Shown: piece by piece, positions 30,919-39,872 of the stretch
Position numbering within the stretch: the first letter of the stretch is position 1
How the letters are laid out: every line of letters starts with the position of its first letter
Assembly: GCA_041496385.1 (NCBI GenBank)
Contig: JBGQEL010000002.1
Coordinates: 54,969-118,968 of the forward strand
Source of the DNA: Candidatus Methylomirabilia bacterium
GTDB taxonomy: Bacteria > Methylomirabilota > Methylomirabilia > Rokubacteriales > CSP1-6
Length of the DNA: 64,000 bases
Direction of reading: 5' to 3'
The notes under the pieces: model-generated
Told to the model about the DNA's origin: nothing
The model's database searches: none
The model's input: the letters and a program-made list of their open reading frames with translations, nothing else
Made by a program: the position numbers and the translations under genes

Positions 30919-31008
30919 CTCACCGCTCGGCTCGCCGGTCGAACCGCCTCCCCTCGATTTCTAGGACCATCTCACCGCTCGGCTCGCCGGTCGAACCGCC
31001 TCCCCTCG
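30902..31008. repeat. Exact 52-bp tandem duplication covering the livG-like start codon
   Basis: TCGATTTCTAGGACCATCTCACCGCTCGGCTCGCCGGTCGAACCGCCTCCCC at 30902-30953 and 30954-31005, then TCG. Confidence 0.92.
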
Positions 31009-31016
31009 CACTGCCG

Positions 31017-31805
31017 TCAGAACCAGCGCCGGCGGCGCCGGTACTGCTTGACGTCGGTGTACCGCCGGCGCGCGCCGCGATGCCCGACGCCCAGGTAGAA
31101 CTCGCGGACGTCCTCGTGGGCGAGGAGGCGCTCGCGCGATCCATCGTAGACGATGCGGCCGTGCTCCATGACGTAGCCGTGGTCGGCCACCTCGAGCGCC
31201 GCGCCGGCGTTCTGCTCGACCAGGAGGACGGCCAGCCCGAGCTCGTCGCGCAGCCGCCGGACGATGCCCATCAGGGCCTCGACGACGAGCGGCGCCAGGC
31301 CGAGCGAGAGCTCGTCGACGAGCAGCACGACGGGCCGGCAGAGAAGCGCCGCGCCCAGGCCGAGCATCTGCCGCTCGCCCCCCGAGAGATAGCCCGCGAG
31401 CTGGCCCCGACGCTCCGCGAGCACTGGAAAGTACTCGAAGACCTGCTCGAGGCTCGCGCCGCCGCGGCGGCCGGGCACGAGCGCGCGCAGGTTCTCCCCC
31501 ACCGTCAGCGTCTCGAAGATCTTGTCGCGCTCCGGCACGAGGACGAGGCCCCGGCGCGCGAGCTCGTGCGGAGCGCGGCCCTCGACCCGCTCGCCGCGAA
31601 ACGCGATGCGCCCCTCCACCACCCGGGCGTTGTCGGCGCCGAGGAAGCCCGAGATCGCGCGCAGCGTCGTCGTCTTGCCCGCGCCGTTGGTCCCGAGCAG
31701 CGCGACGATCGTCCGCTCCGGCACCCGCAGCGAGACGCCCTGGATCGCCGTGGCGGCGCGGTGGTAGACGACCTCGACGTTCTCGAGCTCGAGGAGCGCC
31801 GTCAC
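31017..31805 (-). CDS. Liv-type ABC ATPase (LivF-like)
   Basis: GTNGAGKTT, LSGGERQML, DELSLGLAP, C-terminal KQYRRRRRW. Confidence 0.9.
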   Translation of the reverse strand: MTALLELENVEVVYHRAATAIQGVSLRVPERTIVALLGTNGAGKTTTLRAISGFLGADNARVVEGRIAFRGERVEGRAPHELARRGLVLVPERDKIFETLTVGENLRALVPGRRGGASLEQVFEYFPVLAERRGQLAGYLSGGERQMLGLGAALLCRPVVLLVDELSLGLAPLVVEALMGIVRRLRDELGLAVLLVEQNAGAALEVADHGYVMEHGRIVYDGSRERLLAHEDVREFYLGVGHRGARRRYTDVKQYRRRRRWF

Positions 31806-32869
31806 GACGCCGGGCGCAGCGGGCGGTGGCGCAGCGGCCAGAGGGCGAACCAGTTCCGCACGCGCCGCCAGATCCCCACGAGCCCCTGCGGCTCGAAGAT
31901 CAGGAACAGCGCCATCAGGAGGCCGAACGCGCCGAACTTCGCCGGGAACAGGTAGGACTCGACGCCGCCCGGGAGCCGCAGGCTCGCGACCGCCGCGTCG
32001 ATGCCGTACGGGAGCAGCGTGACGAACGCGGCGCCCAGCACCGCGCCGAGGGCCGAGCCCATGCCGCCGATGACGATCATGGCGATGTACTCGACGGCGC
32101 CGAGGAAGCCGAACGCCTCGACCGAGACGAAGCCGCGGTGATAGGCGAAGAGCGCGCCGGCGACGGACGTGAGCGCGCTCGACCACACGAAGGCCAGGAC
32201 CTTGTACCGGGCGACGTCGATGCCGACGGACTCCGCCGCGATCTCGCGGTCGCGGATCGCCATCCACGCGCGGCCGGCGCGCGAGCGCTGAAGATTCACC
32301 GACAGGAACACGACCGCGGCGGCCGTGAGCGTGAGCGCGTAGTACCACGCCACGCCGCCCTTCAGCGCGTACCCGAAGAGCGCGGGCGCAGGAATGGTCG
32401 AGCCCGTGTTCGCGCCCCAGCGGCTCTGCAGCTCGCCGGCGGCGTAGAGCACCACATGGTGCAGCGCCAGCGTGCCGAGCGCCAGGTAGAGCCCCTTGAG
32501 CCGCAGCGACGGGACGCCGATGGCGACCCCGAGTGCCGCGCCCACCAGCGCCGCCGCGGGGAGCGTGACCGCGGGGGAGCGCCAGCCGTTCTCGACGAGC
32601 GCGGCCGTCGTGAACGCGCCCGCACAGATGAAGCCCGCGTGGCCGAGCGAGATCTGGCCCGCGAGCCCCGTCAGGAGATTCAGCGCGAGCGCGCCGACTG
32701 CGACGAGCGCCGTCTGGGCCGCGAGGTCGAGGACGAAGGACGACCCGAGGCGCGGCAGGAGCAGCAGCGCAACGACGAGGGCCCCCAGCGCCGCCCGGCG
32801 CAGGCGTGTGTCCACGATGGCGAGGTCGGACGCGTACGTGGTCTTGAAGTACCCCCCGCCGAGGGCCAC
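31802..32869 (-). CDS. Liv-type ABC permease (LivM-like)
   Basis: FKTTYASD, GQISLGHAGF, GRAWMAIRDRE, IFEPQGL. Confidence 0.9.
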   Translation of the reverse strand: MALGGGYFKTTYASDLAIVDTRLRRAALGALVVALLLLPRLGSSFVLDLAAQTALVAVGALALNLLTGLAGQISLGHAGFICAGAFTTAALVENGWRSPAVTLPAAALVGAALGVAIGVPSLRLKGLYLALGTLALHHVVLYAAGELQSRWGANTGSTIPAPALFGYALKGGVAWYYALTLTAAAVVFLSVNLQRSRAGRAWMAIRDREIAAESVGIDVARYKVLAFVWSSALTSVAGALFAYHRGFVSVEAFGFLGAVEYIAMIVIGGMGSALGAVLGAAFVTLLPYGIDAAVASLRLPGGVESYLFPAKFGAFGLLMALFLIFEPQGLVGIWRRVRNWFALWPLRHRPLRPAS

Positions 32870-33741
32870 TACACTCGCTCCAGCTCTTCCTTCGTCCCGA
32901 AGAGGCCCCACGGGCGGACGAGCAGCATCGCCAGCAGACAGAGGAACGGCGACACGTCGGAGAGGAGCGGGTCGCCGTAGCGCACGGACAGCACTTCGAC
33001 GGCGGCGACCAGGAGCGCCGCCGGGATCACGCCCGCGAGGCTGTCGAGGCCGCCGACGAGCGCGACCGCGAACGCCTTGAGCCCGAGCACGTCCAGCGAG
33101 GGCTCGAGGCGCACGTTGTTGGCGTAGAGGATGCCCGCGAGCCCGCCCGCGAAGGCGGCGAGCGCCCAGGAGAGCGCGAACACGCGGTGGAAGTCGATGC
33201 CCCGCTGGGAGGCCAGCAGCGCCTTCTCGCCGGCGGCCCGCATCTGGATCCCGAGCGGCGACAGGCGCAGGAAGAGGAAGAGCGCGACGAACAGCGCCGC
33301 CGCGGTGGCGACCGTGAGCAGGTCGAACGTCGAGACGACGGCGCCCCCCGGCAGCCGGCGCGGCGGATTCGTCAGGCCGAGCATGGGGAGCGGGTGGCGG
33401 ATGCGGTCGGTGAACACGAGCACGATCGCCGCGCGCAGGAGGATGCCGAGCGTCACCGTCACGAGCACCGCGGCGAAGATCGGGTGGCCCGCCATCGGGC
33501 GCATCAGCAGGCGGTAGATGAGGAGGCCCGCGAGCGCGGAGAGCACCGCCGCGAGCGGGATCGCGAGCGCCGGCGCACCGCCGACGACCGCCGTGACGGC
33601 GAAGAGCAGGTAGCCGCCGAGCGTCAACATGTCGCCCTGCGCGAGGTTGAGGACGCGCGAGGCGCGATAGACCAGCACGTAGCCGGCGCCGAGGAGCGCG
33701 TAGAGGCTCGCGATGACCACCGTGGTCGCGAGGACCTGCAT
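32869..33741 (-). CDS. Liv-type ABC permease (LivH-like)
   Basis: YRASRVLNLAQG, VGGLDS, RPWGLFGTKEELERV. Confidence 0.9.
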   Translation of the reverse strand: MQVLATTVVIASLYALLGAGYVLVYRASRVLNLAQGDMLTLGGYLLFAVTAVVGGAPALAIPLAAVLSALAGLLIYRLLMRPMAGHPIFAAVLVTVTLGILLRAAIVLVFTDRIRHPLPMLGLTNPPRRLPGGAVVSTFDLLTVATAAALFVALFLFLRLSPLGIQMRAAGEKALLASQRGIDFHRVFALSWALAAFAGGLAGILYANNVRLEPSLDVLGLKAFAVALVGGLDSLAGVIPAALLVAAVEVLSVRYGDPLLSDVSPFLCLLAMLLVRPWGLFGTKEELERV

Positions 33742-33749
33742 CGTGCGCG

Positions 33750-34913
33750 TTACTTCACGTCGAGCTTCGTCCAGCCCCCGACCGACGCGACCGCGTTCTT
33801 CGACGGGTCCCAGCGGTAGACCCGGTACCAGGTCGCCTTGCGGTAGTGATTGTCGGCGGTCCACTCGATCGGCCCGCCCCGGAGCCCGCGCGTGTCCACG
33901 CTCACCGTCGCCATGGTCGCGGCGATCTTCTCCCGGGTGCAGGGCCAGCCGCAGGTCTTGAGCGCGGCCTCGAGCACCATCGCCGACACCCAGCCCTCGG
34001 CCATGAAGTGCGCCGGGTTCGTCGTCTGGCCCTTCACGAGGCTCGCGATCTCGGCGTGGATCGGGAGGCCCTCGCTGAAGAGCGTGTTGCCGGTGAACGC
34101 GTAGAGGTTCGGCGCCTTCAGGCGGAGCAGCTCGTCCTGCGTCTGCTGGTGGCCGTAGAGGATGTAGCCGCCCGTCCAGCCGAGGCGCTGGAGCGCCTCG
34201 AACACGCCGATCTCGTGCGGCCAGGGCGCCCACGAGAAGACCCAGTCGGCGCCTGCGTCCTTGAGCTTCTGCGCGAACGGCCCGAAGTCGGCCACGGCGC
34301 TCGGCACCACGACGACCGGGATCGTCTCGAAGCCCATCTCCCGGGCGAGCTTCTCGGCGCCCTCGAGCTCGATCCGCGACAGCGGGATGTCCTGGGCCGC
34401 GAAGCCGATCCGCACCTTCTTCCCTCCCGCCTGCTCCCGCACGAAGCCGAGGGCGAACCGGATGTCGTAGTTCGAGCCGAACGACGTCGAGCAGAAGACC
34501 AGCGGGTTCGCGGGCGGAAACGCCTCGCGCGGGCAGACGCCGCCGCCGAACAGGAGCGGGACCTTGCTCGTCTCCGACTCGGTCATGAGCGGCTTGTAGG
34601 TGGCGGAGATCGACGCGTTGACGATGAGGAGCGATCCCTCGCCGAGCTTCTTGGCGGCCGCGGCGGCGCGCTGGGGCTCGCCCCGGTCGTCCTCGTACTC
34701 GATCTCGACCTTCCGCCCGTTGATGCCGCCCGCATCGTTGACGCGCTTGAAGTAGACCTTGTAGGCCTCGTAGGTCGGCGCGTAGGTGCCGGCGGCGCGG
34801 CCCGTGATCGCCGCGCTCATGCCGACGCGGTAGACCTCCTGGGCGAGCGACGGCGTCGCGACGGACGCCAGCGCGAGCAGCGCTGCCAAGACGGTGCGGG
34901 GCGATGTGCGCAT
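33750..34913 (-). CDS. Liv-type ABC substrate-binding protein
   Basis: Signal peptide, NDAGGINGRKVEIEYEDDRGEP. Confidence 0.9.
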   Translation of the reverse strand: MRTSPRTVLAALLALASVATPSLAQEVYRVGMSAAITGRAAGTYAPTYEAYKVYFKRVNDAGGINGRKVEIEYEDDRGEPQRAAAAAKKLGEGSLLIVNASISATYKPLMTESETSKVPLLFGGGVCPREAFPPANPLVFCSTSFGSNYDIRFALGFVREQAGGKKVRIGFAAQDIPLSRIELEGAEKLAREMGFETIPVVVVPSAVADFGPFAQKLKDAGADWVFSWAPWPHEIGVFEALQRLGWTGGYILYGHQQTQDELLRLKAPNLYAFTGNTLFSEGLPIHAEIASLVKGQTTNPAHFMAEGWVSAMVLEAALKTCGWPCTREKIAATMATVSVDTRGLRGGPIEWTADNHYRKATWYRVYRWDPSKNAVASVGGWTKLDVK

Positions 34914-34914
34914 G

Positions 34915-36798
34915 TCAGTCCTCCGGTTTGAGTGCAGCCACCTCGGCGGCGATCCGCCGTTCCTCGTCGTCCGCGTACATGGACTCTACCAGCGACCCGA
35001 ACCGCTCGGCCATGAGCCGCCGCTTCACCTTGCGGGTCGGCGTGACGGGCTCGCCCTCCTGCTCGGGGTCGAGCTCGTACGGCAGGAGCCGGAACGCCTT
35101 CACCTGCTCGACGCGCGTCAGCTCCGCGTTCGCACGCGCGACCTCGCCCTCGATCAGCCGGACGACGTCCCCATGCTGCACGAGCGAGGCGTAGCCCGTA
35201 TGCACGAGCCCCCGCGCGCGCGCCCATTCGGCGACGGTCTCGCCGTCCACCTCGAGGAGCGCCACGAGGTACTTCCTCCCCTCGCCGAAGACCGTCGCCT
35301 CGCCGAGGAACGGGCTCGCCCGGAGCCGGTTCTCGACCTGCGACGGGCTCACGTTCTTCCCGCCCGCCGTGATCAAGATATCCCGTTTCCGGTCCACGAG
35401 GCGGAGCGCCCGGGAGGTCGTCCACTCGCCGACGTCACCCGTCCGGAGCCGCCCGTCCGCGTAGAGCGCACCCGTCGCCTCGGCGTCCTGCCAGTAGCCG
35501 CCGAACGTCTCTCGCGTCTCGACGAGGATCTCCCCCTCGGGCCCGAGGCGGATATCCATGCCGGGCGCCGGGGTGCCCACGTCGCCGGGCGGCGGGAACG
35601 GCCCCCGCTGACCGGAGATGATCGCGCCGCCCGTCTCCGTCTGGCCGTACGCCTCGCAGACGTTGACGCCCCACGCCTGCCAGAGCGCGGCGACGGGGGG
35701 CGGCAGCGGCGCCCCGCTCGAGATCACGAGCCGCGTCCGCGCGAACCCCACCTTCTCGAGCAGCCAGCGGAACACGAGCTGCCGCGCCGCGAGGGCGCCG
35801 AGGGCGACGAGCGGCGTGCGACCCCCGCGCCAGCGCGCGGCAGCCGCCCGGCGGCCGGCGGCCATCGCGGCCTCGTACGCCGCGCGCTTGAGCGGCGAGC
35901 TGGCGTCGATCCCGACCAGGAGGTGCGCGGCGAACTTCTGGAGATAACGCGGCACGGTGAAGACGAAGGTCGGCTGGATCTCGTAGAGCGCCTCCGCGAA
36001 GGCGTCCACCGACTCGGGATAGTGGGGCACGAGGTCGGTGATGAGCGGCATCGTGATCGCCAGGTTCCGGCCCATCGTGTGGCAGAGGGGCAGCATCGCG
36101 ACCGCGCGATGCCCGGCCGCCTCGAGCAGCGGGTAGTGGGCGACGATGTTCGCGCAGGCGGCCAGGTGCGGGCCGTGACGGTAGAGCGCGCCCTTGGGCG
36201 CGCCCGTCGTGCCCGAGGTGTAGATGATCGTCGCCGGATCGTCGGGCGCGACCGCGGCGGCGAGCCGCGCGAGCGCGCTCCCGTCCGCCCCGGGCGTCTC
36301 CGCGCCGACGCGCTCGACCTCGGCGAGCGGACGGACCCGCGTGTCGCGATACATGAAGAGGGCGCGCGTGTCGGCCACGAGCACCGCCCGCACGCCCGGG
36401 CACTCGGCGAGCACGGCGAGCACCTTGTCGAGATGCTCCTGGTCCTCGGCGAGCACGAGCGACGCGCCGCCGTGCTGGAGCAGGTGGCGCACCTCGCTCG
36501 GCGAGCTCGTCGGATAGATGCCGTAGGTGACGGCGCCCAGGGACTGCGCGGCGAGGTCGGTGATCGTCCACTCGGGGCACGGGTTGCCGACGATCGCGAC
36601 CCTCTCGCCGCGCGCCACACGGTACTCGCGCGCGAGCCCGAGCGCCAGGGCCTCGACCCGCCCGGCAAGCCGCCGCCACGTCGTCTCGCGCCAGACGCCC
36701 AGCTCCTTGGCGCGGAAGGCAACGCGCTCCCCACGGCTCCGCGCGCGCGCCAGGAGCAGCCCGGGCAAGGTGCCGGCGCGCAACGCCTGGGGGTCCAT
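34915..36798 (-). CDS. Long-chain-fatty-acid--CoA ligase-like AMP-binding protein
   Basis: YTSGTTGAPKG, YGQTE, RTGD, DRKRDILITAGGKNVSP, TPTRKVKR. Confidence 0.92.
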   Translation of the reverse strand: MDPQALRAGTLPGLLLARARSRGERVAFRAKELGVWRETTWRRLAGRVEALALGLAREYRVARGERVAIVGNPCPEWTITDLAAQSLGAVTYGIYPTSSPSEVRHLLQHGGASLVLAEDQEHLDKVLAVLAECPGVRAVLVADTRALFMYRDTRVRPLAEVERVGAETPGADGSALARLAAAVAPDDPATIIYTSGTTGAPKGALYRHGPHLAACANIVAHYPLLEAAGHRAVAMLPLCHTMGRNLAITMPLITDLVPHYPESVDAFAEALYEIQPTFVFTVPRYLQKFAAHLLVGIDASSPLKRAAYEAAMAAGRRAAAARWRGGRTPLVALGALAARQLVFRWLLEKVGFARTRLVISSGAPLPPPVAALWQAWGVNVCEAYGQTETGGAIISGQRGPFPPPGDVGTPAPGMDIRLGPEGEILVETRETFGGYWQDAEATGALYADGRLRTGDVGEWTTSRALRLVDRKRDILITAGGKNVSPSQVENRLRASPFLGEATVFGEGRKYLVALLEVDGETVAEWARARGLVHTGYASLVQHGDVVRLIEGEVARANAELTRVEQVKAFRLLPYELDPEQEGEPVTPTRKVKRRLMAERFGSLVESMYADDEERRIAAEVAALKPED

Positions 36799-36800
36799 GC

Positions 36801-37778
36801 TCAGGCGCGGACGGGCGTGAACTCCGTGGTGAAATGGTCCTCGAGCGGCAGCCGCTTCTTGATCGCGCCGTGCTCGAGCAGCGTGTCCTGCATCGCGCGG
36901 AGCGCCTCCACGTTGATCCGGCCGTCCTCGATGAAGAGCGGCGTCAGCGACGTGTGCACCGCCAGCACGGCCTCCGGGCTCCAGCCGAACTTGGCCGCCG
37001 TGATCCTCACGCTCTCCTGGGGATTCGCCTTGAGGAACCGAACCGCCTTGAAGAGCGCGCGCGTGACGCGCCGGATCGGGTCGGCGCTCCGGCGGATCGC
37101 CTCCTCCGAGGCGTACTGGATGTAGCTGATCCATCTCGGCGTGAGCGACTCCATGCGGAAGAGGACCTTCGTGCGCCCCTGCGCCCCCGTGACGGCGCCG
37201 AAGTCGCCCCAGACGAACGCGCCGATCTCCTTGCGAGAGAGGGCCGCGAGCTGGGCGTCGAGGCCGCCGAGCGCGACGATCTTGACGTCGCGCTCGGGGT
37301 CCCAGCCGTGGTGCTTGGCGACCATGCGCGCGAAGACCCACGTCGTGGCGCCGGCGCGCGTGACGCCGATGCTCGCGCCCTTCAGCTCGCCCGCGGGCGG
37401 CCCCTCCGGCGCGCCGACGAGCACGAAATCGTTCCCCGTGCCGTGGGCCGCGACGACCTTGATCGGCATGCCGGCCTCGCGGAACACGAGGATGTCGGTC
37501 GAGCCCGTGAGGCCGATCAGCACCTCGCCCGCCATCACCGCCTTGGCGAGATCGGGGCCGCCGCGGAACGGGACGAACTCGGCGTCGACGCCCTGCTCCT
37601 TGAAGAAGCCCTTCTCGGCCGCCACCATGACGGGCGCCGCGAGCGAGTAGGCGCCGAAGACCGCGGTGCCGATCTTGACGGGCCCCTGGCCATGGGCGCG
37701 ACGCGGAGCGCCGGGGATGGCGGCGGCCGCGACCCCGGCCGCGGCAAGCTTGAGGACATCGCGTCGGCTTCGTGGCAT
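36801..37778 (-). CDS. ABC substrate-binding protein (SsuA/THI5/NMT1 family), Tat-exported
   Basis: SRRDVLK twin-arginine signal, EKGFFKEQGVD, LKGASIGVTRAG; GAGGAGG RBS. Confidence 0.88.
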   Translation of the reverse strand: MPRSRRDVLKLAAAGVAAAAIPGAPRRAHGQGPVKIGTAVFGAYSLAAPVMVAAEKGFFKEQGVDAEFVPFRGGPDLAKAVMAGEVLIGLTGSTDILVFREAGMPIKVVAAHGTGNDFVLVGAPEGPPAGELKGASIGVTRAGATTWVFARMVAKHHGWDPERDVKIVALGGLDAQLAALSRKEIGAFVWGDFGAVTGAQGRTKVLFRMESLTPRWISYIQYASEEAIRRSADPIRRVTRALFKAVRFLKANPQESVRITAAKFGWSPEAVLAVHTSLTPLFIEDGRINVEALRAMQDTLLEHGAIKKRLPLEDHFTTEFTPVRA

Positions 37779-37824
37779 GCGCTCCTCCTCGGGGGGCCCG
37801 GAATCGTCGGCGGGAATCGGCGGG

Positions 37825-37854
37825 AGTCTATGTTGCGGGGCGCGGCCGTGTCAA
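37825..37854 (-). promoter_or_regulatory. Sigma70-like promoter of the long minus-strand run
   Basis: TTGACA-N18-TAGACT on the minus strand upstream of 37778. Confidence 0.6.
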
Positions 37855-37900
37855 ACGTCCTCGCCGGGGCGCGGCGAAGGGGATTATCCTAAGGGGCGCC

Positions 37901-38734
37901 ATGACCCCGGAAGAGCGGATCAAGGCGGTCGGCCTGAAGGCGGGCGCGCGCGTCGTCGGCATCGCCTCGGTCGAGGCCTTCCGCGCGAAGGTGCCCGAAG
38001 GCCACCGGCCCGAGGACATGCTCCCCGGCGCGCGGAGCGTCGTCGTCGCGGGCGGCGACGGGCCGACGGCCGGCGCCTGGCGCTGCCCCGACCACCGCGT
38101 GATGGAGATCACGGGGTACGACCTCCGCGAGAACGTCGCGGTCCACGTGATGGCCGACTTCATCGAGGCGACCTTCGCGCACCAGACGATCCAGGCGCCC
38201 TCGCTCGCGGTGCACGGTCACGCGCCGCCGATGTCCATGATGCACGCCGCGGAGCTGGCGGGCCTGGGCTCGCGCTCGCTCGCCGCGCACATCATCCTCA
38301 ACCCCGAGTACGGCCTCCTCTACTACGCGGCGCTCATCACGACGCTGCCGCTCGAGCCCGACCCGCCGCTGGCCGAGCCCGCCTGCCCGCACCCGGGCTG
38401 CACGGCGATGTACAAGCGGATCGGCACGACGCCGTGCCTGCGCGTGTGCCCGGCGTGCTTGAGCGGGACGGTGAAGGACGGGCGGATCGAGAGCTCGACG
38501 TACGACCGCGAGTGCTGCCACTCGCGCGCCCAGACGTACGGCATCGGCTCGTTCCAGAAGTCGCTGCTCCAGATCGTCAACGAGGACGACGCCGAGAAGC
38601 GCCGGGGCATGATCTACAGTGACTTCTTCGCCAGGAGCATCCAGGCGCTCGGCTTCTTCCGCGACTCGATCGCCCAGTGCTTCGAGTGCATGCGCGTCTG
38701 CCCGGTCGGGCGCAAGTACAGGAAGCTCCAGTAA
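37901..38734 (+). CDS. QueG/reductive dehalogenase-superfamily Fe-S protein, paralog A (277 aa)
   Basis: VVGIAS..RPEDMLPGARSVVV, HAAELAGLG..ILNPEYG..ALITTLPLEPD, CPHPGC..CLRVCP..RECC..CFECMRVCP. Confidence 0.8.
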   Translation: MTPEERIKAVGLKAGARVVGIASVEAFRAKVPEGHRPEDMLPGARSVVVAGGDGPTAGAWRCPDHRVMEITGYDLRENVAVHVMADFIEATFAHQTIQAPSLAVHGHAPPMSMMHAAELAGLGSRSLAAHIILNPEYGLLYYAALITTLPLEPDPPLAEPACPHPGCTAMYKRIGTTPCLRVCPACLSGTVKDGRIESSTYDRECCHSRAQTYGIGSFQKSLLQIVNEDDAEKRRGMIYSDFFARSIQALGFFRDSIAQCFECMRVCPVGRKYRKLQ

Positions 38735-39591
38735 TGCCCGGCCTGCCGCCCGGCGCGACGGCGGCGCTGAAATCCAGCGCGTTCCAGGCGGGCGCGACCG
38801 TGTGCGGCGTCGCCAGCGCGGCGGCGTTCGACGCCCACGCCCCCGCGGGACACCGCCCGGGTGATCTGCTGCCGGGCGCCGCGTCCGTCGTCGTCGTCGG
38901 GGGCTCCCAGCCGCGCGCGGGTGACTGGGCGGCGACCTCCCCCTGGGTGCTCCAGACGATGGGCACGACCGAGCGGATCCAGTCGGTGGGCCGCAAGCTC
39001 GCGCAGCAGATCGAGAGCCAGCTCGGCTACTACGCGCTCTACGTCCCGCCCGGCACGGCGAGCGGCGACACGCCGTTTCTCTCCCTGATGCTCGCGGCCC
39101 AGCTCGCGGGGCTCGGCTCGCGGAGTCTCGCCGGGCCGGTCCTCAACCGCGAGCACGGCTTCATGTACTGGAGCGCGGTCATCACCACGGCGCCGCTCGA
39201 GACCGACACGGTCGAGGGGGAGTCCGCGTGTCCGGCGCCGCCCTGCCGCGAGATGTGGGAGCGCGAGCGCACGACGCCCTGCCTCAAGACCTGCCCGGCC
39301 GACGACGGCGGCTGCCTGGCGGGGACGCTCGAGCACGGCCGCGCCGTCCGCACGTTCTACGACGCCGCGCGCTGCAACACGCGCGTGCACACCCACTGGG
39401 TCGGCGGCTTCCAGAAGGTGCTCGAGGAGACGCTGAACGAGACGGACCGCGACCGACGCAAGATGCTCCTCTACGGCGATTTCTTCACGCGCACCCTCTG
39501 GGCCATCACCTACTCGTCCACGAACATCGCCCAGTGCTTCGAGTGCATGCGCGTCTGCCCCGCCGCCCACGGCCTCAAGGAGATGAAATAG
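38734..39591 (+). CDS. QueG/reductive dehalogenase-superfamily Fe-S protein, paralog B (285 aa)
   Basis: CGVAS..RPGDLLPGAASVVV, AAQLAGLG..VLNREHG..AVITTAPLETD, CPAPPC..CLKTCP..ARC..CFECMRVCP; TAATG coupling. Confidence 0.8.
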   Translation: MPGLPPGATAALKSSAFQAGATVCGVASAAAFDAHAPAGHRPGDLLPGAASVVVVGGSQPRAGDWAATSPWVLQTMGTTERIQSVGRKLAQQIESQLGYYALYVPPGTASGDTPFLSLMLAAQLAGLGSRSLAGPVLNREHGFMYWSAVITTAPLETDTVEGESACPAPPCREMWERERTTPCLKTCPADDGGCLAGTLEHGRAVRTFYDAARCNTRVHTHWVGGFQKVLEETLNETDRDRRKMLLYGDFFTRTLWAITYSSTNIAQCFECMRVCPAAHGLKEMK

Positions 39592-39872
39592 TGGGAGTGT
39601 TCCGGCTCGATCCCGCGATCTACAACCGCTACAAGGATCAGGTCCTGAAGCTCTGCAACTCGTTCCAGCGCATCGACCGGCCCGGGCTCTCCGACAGGCA
39701 GATCGCCGAGCAGCTCGGGCTCGACGAGCGCACCGTGACCGAGATCCGCTGCGTCGCCGAGCGTGACTGCTATCCGCTGGAGGAGTGGGAGAAGGCGATC
39801 GAGTTCAAGCGGAAGGCGACGCTGGAGTGGTCGGCCCTCGCGCTGAAGCGCCCCGACCTGAAGCCGAAGTGA
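39591..39872 (+). CDS. Small HTH-containing hypothetical protein (93 aa)
   Basis: GTG overlapping the upstream TAG with AAGGAG before it; GLSDRQIAEQLGLDERTVTEIR; strong GC3 bias. Confidence 0.75.
   Translation: MGVFRLDPAIYNRYKDQVLKLCNSFQRIDRPGLSDRQIAEQLGLDERTVTEIRCVAERDCYPLEEWEKAIEFKRKATLEWSALALKRPDLKPK

Noticed and set aside
38669..39560. Identical 35-nt stretch in both paralogs (38669-38703, 39526-39560) as gene conversion
   Set aside because: Explained by an invariant Cys motif plus extreme codon bias.
37901..39591. Naming the Fe-S paralogs queG or rdhA
   Set aside because: QueG catalytic motif, Tat signal and RdhB anchor are all missing; only superfamily-level similarity is supported.
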